The notes under the pieces are model-generated. The model made no database searches. It saw only the letters and a program-made list of their open reading frames with translations, and was not told the origin of the DNA. Shown here one piece after another: positions 1 through 4,352 of a stretch of 4,352 nucleotides of DNA. Origin of the DNA: a virus (lineage: Duplodnaviria; Heunggongvirae; Uroviricota; Caudoviricetes); the IMG/VR virus record IMGVR_UViG_3300029499_000061. One strand, given 5' to 3'. The position numbers and the translations under genes were made by a program. The stretch's first letter is position 1; every line of letters starts with the position of its first letter.

Positions 1-1
1 C

Positions 2-298
2 GGTTTTAAGGGATTAATTCCTTCAAAAGTAAAATCTCGCCCGCAATGTTGTGACGATGACGCGATGATCATTTGCGGGTGCATGGCCCGTCTGAAAAAG
101 AACAACAGCGATTTGCACGATTTATTAGTAGATTATTATGTAGTCGGTATGACATTCATGTCACTGGCAGGTAAGCATTGCTGCTCTGATGGTTATATCG
201 GGAAAAGGTTACAAAAGGCTGAGGGCATAATTGAAGGGATGTTAATGGCATTAGATATCCGGTTAGAGATGGATATCGTTGTTAATAACTCTAATTAA
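2..298 (+). CDS. Putative late-gene antiterminator Q-like protein, C-terminal part (5' end lies outside the window)
   Basis: The reading frame is open from position 2 to the TAA at 296-298; the ORF track only shows it from the internal Met at 65. Cys-rich clusters (QCCDDD, CGC, HCC) are compatible with a Zn-binding Q-type protein. The call rests mainly on position immediately upstream of the lysis module, not on recognised sequence identity. Confidence 0.5.
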   Translation, partial: GFKGLIPSKVKSRPQCCDDDAMIICGCMARLKKNNSDLHDLLVDYYVVGMTFMSLAGKHCCSDGYIGKRLQKAEGIIEGMLMALDIRLEMDIVVNNSN

Positions 299-315
299 TA
301 TGCCAATTGTTTACT

Positions 316-349
316 AAAAATTATTAAAAATGGGGCGTTGAGACGCCCC
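316..349 (-). terminator. Candidate rho-independent terminator for the porin transcript
   Basis: 7-bp GC-rich stem (332-338 GGGGCGT / 343-349 ACGCCCC, 4-nt loop). Read on the - strand it is followed by AUUUUUAAUAAUUUUU (complement of 316-331). Lies about 140 nt past the porin stop. Confidence 0.45.
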
Positions 350-437
350 CAAAAATAAAGGGTAATATATAACAGAAGGTTTATATAGTTAGAAGCAAGG
401 TTGTGCTTCTAAAGGAAGTGGCTTGAGGGAGCCACTT

Positions 438-477
438 ATATGTTGGGGAGGCAACGCCTCCCGCAACATATCTTTTT
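438..477 (+). terminator. Candidate rho-independent terminator on the + strand downstream of the Q-like gene
   Basis: About 15-bp stem with one bulge (438-452 ATATGTTGGGGAGGC / 456-471 GCCTCCCGCAACATAT, loop AAC) followed by C-TTTTT at 472-477. The T-tract is on the + strand only. Confidence 0.6.
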
Positions 478-487
478 CGTAATCAGA

Positions 488-1570
488 TTAGAACTGGTAA
501 ACCAGACCTACAGCAACGATGTCATCAGTATCAATACCAGCTGTTTTGGTAAACTTACTATCGTCAATTAAGTTGATTTTGTAATCAACAAAAGTGGACA
601 TGTTTTTATTAAAGTAGTAAGTAGCACCGACATCGACATACTTGACTAAGTCTCGGTCACCATGAACACCAAGGTCTTTACCTTTTGACTGAAGGTAAGC
701 AACAGATGGGCGCAGACCGAAGTCAAACTGATATTGTGCTACTGCTTCAAAGTTTTGTGCTTTGTTTGCAATATGGTTATTACCAAAAACGGTCATATTC
801 TGAGTTTCAGAATATGTGGTAGCCAGATAGATATTGTTCGCATCATATTTCAGGCCTGCAGCCCATACTTCCGCATTTTTGCCGGAGGCATTGAATTTGC
901 TCTTACCATAGGCGACCTGACCGTCAGTGCGATCTGATTTAGCATAGGTTGCACCCACGCCGAATCCTTCATACTCATAAGTAGTGGAGAAACCGAAACC
1001 ATCACCATTGGCTTCAGTTACGTCAGTGCGGTCATTTTTACCCTGATACTGAGCAGCAAAGTTCAGGCCATCGACCAGACCAAAGAAGTCGTTGTTACGA
1101 TAAGTTGCAACACCAGTAGTGCGACCAGTCATGAACACATCTGTTTGGGTCCAGGTATCACCACCGAATTCTGGCAGGACGTCAGTCCACGCACCGATGT
1201 CGTATGCTACACCGTAGTTACGGCCGTAATCGATTGAGCCGTAATCACCAAATTTCAGGCCTGCAAATGCAAGACGGGTTTTGTCTTTGGAAGAACCTTG
1301 AGATTCAGCGCGGTTGCCTTTGAATTCATATTCCCACTGACCGAAACCAGTCAGTTGATCGTTGATTTGGGTTTCACCTTTGAAGCCAAGACGGGCATAA
1401 GTAGTATCACCATCATCTGCATCATTAGAGGAGAAGTAGTGCTTAGCATTAACTTTCCCGTACAGATCCAGCTTGTTACTGTCTTTATTATAAATTTCAG
1501 CTGCCTGAGCAGACATCGCCATCAGTACTGATGCAGCTACAGCAGAAATTGCCACTGTTAATTTTTTCAT
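488..1570 (-). CDS. nmpC: Outer-membrane general porin, OmpC/OmpF family (phage-encoded NmpC/Lc type)
   Basis: 360-aa ORF. N-terminal signal peptide [23 protein letters not shown] with an AQA-AE cleavage motif. Mature N-terminus [16 protein letters not shown] matches the AE(V/I)[13 protein letters not shown] start of enterobacterial porins. C-terminal VGLVYQF with terminal Phe is the typical OMP beta-barrel signature. Opposite strand between Q and S, as for nmpC/lc in lambdoid prophages. Confidence 0.95.
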   Translation of the reverse strand: MKKLTVAISAVAASVLMAMSAQAAEIYNKDSNKLDLYGKVNAKHYFSSNDADDGDTTYARLGFKGETQINDQLTGFGQWEYEFKGNRAESQGSSKDKTRLAFAGLKFGDYGSIDYGRNYGVAYDIGAWTDVLPEFGGDTWTQTDVFMTGRTTGVATYRNNDFFGLVDGLNFAAQYQGKNDRTDVTEANGDGFGFSTTYEYEGFGVGATYAKSDRTDGQVAYGKSKFNASGKNAEVWAAGLKYDANNIYLATTYSETQNMTVFGNNHIANKAQNFEAVAQYQFDFGLRPSVAYLQSKGKDLGVHGDRDLVKYVDVGATYYFNKNMSTFVDYKINLIDDSKFTKTAGIDTDDIVAVGLVYQF

Positions 1571-1998
1571 CGTGAGCCCTTTTTTTTGAACTATTATTAA
1601 AAAATGATGTCACTGCGCGATAAATATTCATCTAATCAATGTGATTATTTCAAGATGTAAGTTTTGGTTTCTCGTTTAATTTGTGAAGTAGATCTCTATT
1701 TTTATCTGAACTTTTTTCTATCGAATCCTATTCATGGCTCTTGGCTGAATAAAAATAAATCTATTAGCCAATTTATATTAATGGCTGTTATTTATAAGTG
1801 CTCTATAATTTGAAGGTTCAATTTAAATTGGCTAAAAATAACGCTGGAAATTATTTGTTGGTTATTTGTTGAGATTTGCTTATGTATTTGTAGTGGTGTT
1901 TTCAATACTCGGTAGCATTCTCGCAAATATCATTTAGTGGTTTACGTACGTAAAAAATTGGTTATGCTGTTAAGAGTGGTTACTTCGTCACACAGCTT
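1571..1998 (-). promoter_or_regulatory. AT-rich upstream region of the porin gene (promoter and 5' UTR presumed to lie here; exact -35/-10 not resolved)
   Basis: Long AT-rich non-coding stretch directly upstream of the porin start at 1570, with a weak AGGG Shine-Dalgarno 7-10 nt before the ATG. No convincing sigma70 hexamer pair could be assigned by eye. Confidence 0.3.
1851..1891. repeat. Helically phased short direct repeats (TTATTTGTTG x2 in tandem, then two degenerate copies)
   Basis: TTATTTGTTGG at 1851-1861 and TTATTTGTTGA at 1862-1872. The ATTTG core recurs at 1853, 1864, 1874 and 1886, spacing 11, 10 and 12 bp. Confidence 0.5.
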
Positions 1999-2030
1999 AA
2001 ACCCGCCGTCGAGCGGGTTTTTCCATTTTT
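1999..2030 (+). terminator. Candidate rho-independent terminator on the + strand about 115 bp upstream of the holin gene
   Basis: 8-bp stem (1999-2006 AAACCCGC / 2013-2020 GCGGGTTT, loop CGTCGA) followed by TTTTTCCATTTTTT. Confidence 0.6.
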
Positions 2031-2143
2031 TGAGTCTCGATATTAGCTGATAACCCAATACCTGAGTTATTCACTGACTCCGAGTCTGTTACGTTTCGTA
2101 GTATTCCCTCAATTTACACCCGCTTTGTCTGCGAGGTGGGGTT

Positions 2144-2359
2144 ATGAAATCCATGGATAAGTTAACAACGGGTGTCGCCTATGGCACCTCAGCAGGTAGT
2201 GCCGGGTACTGGTTTTTACAGCTGCTCGATAAAGTCACGCCCTCACAGTGGGCAGCAATAGGTGTGCTGGGTAGCCTGGTATTTGGCCTGCTGACGTACC
2301 TGACAAACCTTTATTTCAAGATTAAAGAAGATAAGCGCAAGGCTGCGAGAGGTGAATAA
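2144..2359 (+). CDS. S: Class II holin (pinholin) of the phage 21 S type, with dual-start motif
   Basis: 71 aa beginning Met1-Lys2-Ser3-Met4, the dual start that gives the 71-aa antiholin and 68-aa holin in S21 (alternative start at 2153). Two TMDs: a Gly/Ala-rich SAR-like TMD1 ([21 protein letters not shown]) and TMD2 ([18 protein letters not shown]), then a charged C-terminus [19 protein letters not shown] Shine-Dalgarno upstream. Near-identical to my recollection of S21. Confidence 0.92.
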
Positions 2360-2856
2360 TGCCTCCATCATTACGAAAAGCTGTTGCTGCTGCTATTGGT
2401 GGCGGGGCTATTGCTATAGCATCTGTGTTAATCACTGGCCCAAGTGGTAACGATGGTCTGGAAGGTGTGAGACATAATCCTTACAAAGACATAGTTGGTG
2501 TATGGACTGTATGTTACGGGCATACAGGAAAAGACATCATTCCCGGTAAAACGTATACCGAAGCAGAGTGCAAAGCCCTCCTGAATAAAGACCTTGCCAC
2601 TGTCGCCAGACAAATTAACCGGTACATCAAAGTCGATATACCGGAAACAACGCGCGGCGCTCTTTACTCGTTCGTCTACAACGTGGGTGCTGGCAATTTC
2701 AGAACATCGACGCTTCTTCGCAAAATAAACCAGGGTGATATTAAAGGCGCATGTGATCAGCTACGGCGCTGGACATACGCTGGCGGTAATCAATGGAAAG
2801 GACTGATGACTCGCCGTGAGATTGAGCGTGAAGTCTGTTTGTGGGGGAAACAATGA
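2359..2856 (+). CDS. R: SAR (signal-anchor-release) endolysin, T4-lysozyme-like muramidase
   Basis: 165 aa. N-terminal Gly/Ala-rich weakly hydrophobic SAR domain ([20 protein letters not shown]). Glu35, Asp44 and Thr50 sit at the Glu-9-Asp-6-Thr spacing of the T4 lysozyme catalytic triad. Start overlaps the holin stop (TAATG); stop overlaps the Rz start (ATGA). Confidence 0.93.
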   Translation: MPPSLRKAVAAAIGGGAIAIASVLITGPSGNDGLEGVRHNPYKDIVGVWTVCYGHTGKDIIPGKTYTEAECKALLNKDLATVARQINRYIKVDIPETTRGALYSFVYNVGAGNFRTSTLLRKINQGDIKGACDQLRRWTYAGGNQWKGLMTRREIEREVCLWGKQ

Positions 2857-3320
2857 GCAGAGTAACCGCGATTATCTCCGCTCTGGTTATCTGCATCATC
2901 GTCTGCCTGTCATGGGCTGTTAATCATTACCGTGATAATGCAATCGCCTACAAAGAACAGCGCGATAACAAGGCCAGTGAACTGGAGAAGGCGAACGCCA
3001 CCATTACTGACATGCAGCAGCGCCAGCGTGATGCTGATGCACTCGATGATAAATACACGAAGGAGTTAGCTGATGCGAAAGCTGAAAATGATGCTCTTCG
3101 GCGCAAGCTTGATAATGGTGGTCGGGTGCTCGTCAAAGGAAAATGCCCTGTGCCATCCTCAGCCGAAACCTCCAGCGCCTCCGGCATGGGCAATGATGCC
3201 ACCGTCGAACTCTCTCCAGTTGCTGGACGAAACGTTCTCGGTATCCGGGACGGAATTATCCGCGACCAAACAGCATTGAGAACGCTTCAGGAATACATCA
3301 GGACGCAATGCCTTCGATGA
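2853..3320 (+). CDS. Rz: Rz inner-membrane spanin (i-spanin)
   Basis: ATG at 2853 overlaps the endolysin stop; the track ORF begins 4 codons earlier at a GTG (2841). N-terminal TM segment [20 protein letters not shown], then a charged, helix-prone periplasmic domain. The N-terminal ~90 residues closely resemble lambda Rz as I recall it; the C-terminal part differs. Confidence 0.85.
   Translation: MSRVTAIISALVICIIVCLSWAVNHYRDNAIAYKEQRDNKASELEKANATITDMQQRQRDADALDDKYTKELADAKAENDALRRKLDNGGRVLVKGKCPVPSSAETSSASGMGNDATVELSPVAGRNVLGIRDGIIRDQTALRTLQEYIRTQCLR
3073..3279 (+). CDS. Rz1: Rz1 outer-membrane lipoprotein spanin (o-spanin), embedded in Rz in the +1 frame
   Basis: 68 aa. Signal peptide [19 protein letters not shown] with lipobox VVGC, so Cys19 would be the lipidated residue. 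Proline-rich mature part ([16 protein letters not shown]). AGGAG Shine-Dalgarno 7 nt upstream of the ATG. Lies wholly inside Rz. Start context MRKLKMML parallels lambda Rz1 (MLKLKMML). Confidence 0.8.
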   Translation: MRKLKMMLFGASLIMVVGCSSKENALCHPQPKPPAPPAWAMMPPSNSLQLLDETFSVSGTELSATKQH

Positions 3321-3493
3321 TAGCGATAATTTTACTCATCATCCTTCACATCTGGCTCTGTAGACAGGGTGGTGCTCACTTCTGGAGTGAATCCAGATTA
3401 AACATCTCATTGCTGATGCTTGATATTGAGCATTTTGCGCGCGGTAAGGGGCTGCGTTGAGATAAGAGCCAGTCATTACAAATACCAGGATTT

Positions 3494-3517
3494 AGCCTCG
3501 CATTCGCGGGGCTTTTT
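3494..3517 (+). terminator. Candidate rho-independent terminator downstream of the spanin genes
   Basis: 7-bp stem with one G-U pair (3495-3501 GCCTCGC / 3506-3512 GCGGGGC, loop ATTC) followed by TTTTTATT. Confidence 0.5.
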
Positions 3518-3811
3518 ATTGCCATTACAAAAGCCACTTCCTACAGAGTGGCTTTGATAATGGCTTATACCCTACACGGGATAACTTAACTGATATCCCT
3601 TTTAAAGGATAAAGGTATTCAAGCCTGACACATCATGCGCTGTATCGTCGCCGTATTCCCGTATTAACAGAGACCGTAGCCCGACGGGGAACTCCTTCTG
3701 CGCGAGTGTGCGGGAATAATCAATAACGATGCACACCGGGGTTACCGGGTACACATATTTCATCATGCCAGCGAGTCCGGTTCTGGCACGGAAGAAACCG
3801 GACGTTATGAT

Positions 3812-4222
3812 TTAGTGCGGAAATATTTGTGTAGTGTTCTGAATGTTCTCAGTAAAGAGTAATGAATTATCAAAGGTATAGTAATACCTTTTGTTTTCGT
3901 GGATATTTGTAATCCATCTGAAAACCCCTGCTGTAGCAAGATTTTTCCTGTATTCGTAAAATGATAACTCTCCTGATTTGAATCCTTTTAAGGTGGCTTC
4001 TATAAGGCATTTATTTTTTGAAAATCTTACATTTACAACCTTACTCTGTCCTTTTATTAAAACCGTATTATCGTTTTCAAGAACAAGATGAATATTCTCT
4101 GTGGCTAAATAGTAAATGTAATGTGAGACATTGTGACGTTTTAGTTCAGAATAAAACCAGTGATAGTTTAAATTATTTCGCACTTTATCGAATATTTGTT
4201 TAAAAATGGCAACCTGAGCCAT
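3812..4222 (-). CDS. ybcV: DUF1398-family protein, YbcV-like (homologous to the gene next to bor at the right end of lambda and in DLP12); function unknown
   Basis: Track ORF is 3812..4237 (141 aa). The internal Met at 4222 is preferred because GGAAGG sits 7 nt upstream and the 136-aa product begins MAQVAIFK, matching the lambda/DLP12 homologue as I recall it. Position beyond the spanins, on the opposite strand, matches synteny. Confidence 0.7.
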   Translation of the reverse strand: MAQVAIFKQIFDKVRNNLNYHWFYSELKRHNVSHYIYYLATENIHLVLENDNTVLIKGQSKVVNVRFSKNKCLIEATLKGFKSGELSFYEYRKNLATAGVFRWITNIHENKRYYYTFDNSLLFTENIQNTTQIFPH

Positions 4223-4352
4223 TGTAGTACCTTCCATGTGATATGAAGGTACCTAGGGAAGGTGCGAATAAGCGGGGAAATTCTTCTCGGCTGACTCAGT
4301 CATTTCATTTCTTCATGTTTGAGCCGATTTTTTCTCCCGTAAATGCCTTGAA

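Larger units (their letters stand above)
1..4352. mobile_element. Segment of a lambdoid prophage late region (Q - porin moron - holin/endolysin/spanin cassette - DUF1398 gene)
   Basis: Gene order and protein content match the Q-S-R-Rz late region of lambdoid phages, with an nmpC/lc-type porin on the opposite strand as in the DLP12/PA-2 arrangement recalled from the literature. No att sites or prophage boundaries are visible in the window. Confidence 0.85.

Noticed and set aside
416-437. Hairpin arms AGTGGCT/AGCCACT shared with the hairpin at 3530-3555, as a possible repeated element
   Set aside because: Only a 7-bp word is shared, the arms are in swapped order and the loops are unrelated; consistent with chance.
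299-437. Late promoter pR' immediately downstream of Q (for example TTGAGA at 338-343 with TAATAT at 363-368)
   Set aside because: Spacer is 19 bp and the -35 candidate is inside the 332-349 hairpin; no hexamer pair with good spacing was found by eye, so no promoter feature is called here.
734-937. 67-aa + strand ORF
   Set aside because: Lies entirely antisense within the porin gene; Cys/Phe-rich low-complexity translation typical of a shadow ORF; no ribosome-binding site.
1298-1531. 77-aa + strand ORF
   Set aside because: Antisense shadow ORF inside the porin gene; no independent support.
1640-1700. OmpR-box-like sequence (TTACATCTTGAAA on the - strand) upstream of the porin
   Set aside because: Resemblance to OmpR sites is partial and position relative to an unmapped promoter is unknown; cannot be supported without a matrix scan or footprint.
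2428-2613. 61-aa - strand ORF
   Set aside because: Antisense within the SAR endolysin gene, which has strong coding signals of its own.
2948-3202. 84-aa - strand ORF
   Set aside because: Antisense within Rz/Rz1; Ser/Ala/Arg-rich translation is a typical mirror of GC-rich coding sequence.
3600-3764. Roughly 55-codon - strand ORF starting MMKYVYPV
   Set aside because: Below the usual size threshold, no convincing Shine-Dalgarno, and the region looks like conserved non-coding lambda-like sequence; coordinates are approximate.
4018-4203. 61-aa + strand ORF
   Set aside because: Antisense within the DUF1398 gene; no ribosome-binding site.
4315-4352. + strand ATG (MFEPIFSPVNAL...) running off the right edge
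   Set aside because: No ribosome-binding site and too little sequence to judge; could equally be promoter DNA for the DUF1398 gene.
1-4352. CRISPR arrays, tRNA or rRNA genes, IS elements, integrase or att sites
   Set aside because: No spaced identical direct repeats, no cloverleaf-like candidates, no transposase-like ORFs or terminal inverted repeats were seen; the window seems internal to the prophage.

Overview
This window reads as the late-gene (lysis) region of a lambdoid prophage from an enterobacterium, with a familiar architecture rather than an obviously new system. Left to right: the 3' end of a Q-like antiterminator gene (+); an OmpC/OmpF-family porin gene on the opposite strand (NmpC/Lc-type lysogenic-conversion moron, 360 aa); a 573-bp AT-rich non-coding spacer; then a tightly overlapped lysis cassette on the + strand: a phage-21-type class II pinholin with the Met-Lys-Ser-Met dual start, a SAR endolysin, and the Rz spanin with Rz1 embedded in the +1 frame. 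After a ~490-bp non-coding stretch there is a DUF1398 (YbcV-like) gene on the - strand. No bor-like lipoprotein gene, tRNA, rRNA, CRISPR array or IS element was seen. The less well explained parts are the non-coding regions: crossed terminator hairpins between Q and the porin, helically phased ATTTG repeats and a + strand terminator upstream of the holin, and a hairpin that could occlude the ribosome-binding site of the DUF1398 gene. All calls come from reading the sequence and the supplied ORF translations, with protein identities recalled from memory; no database search was run.
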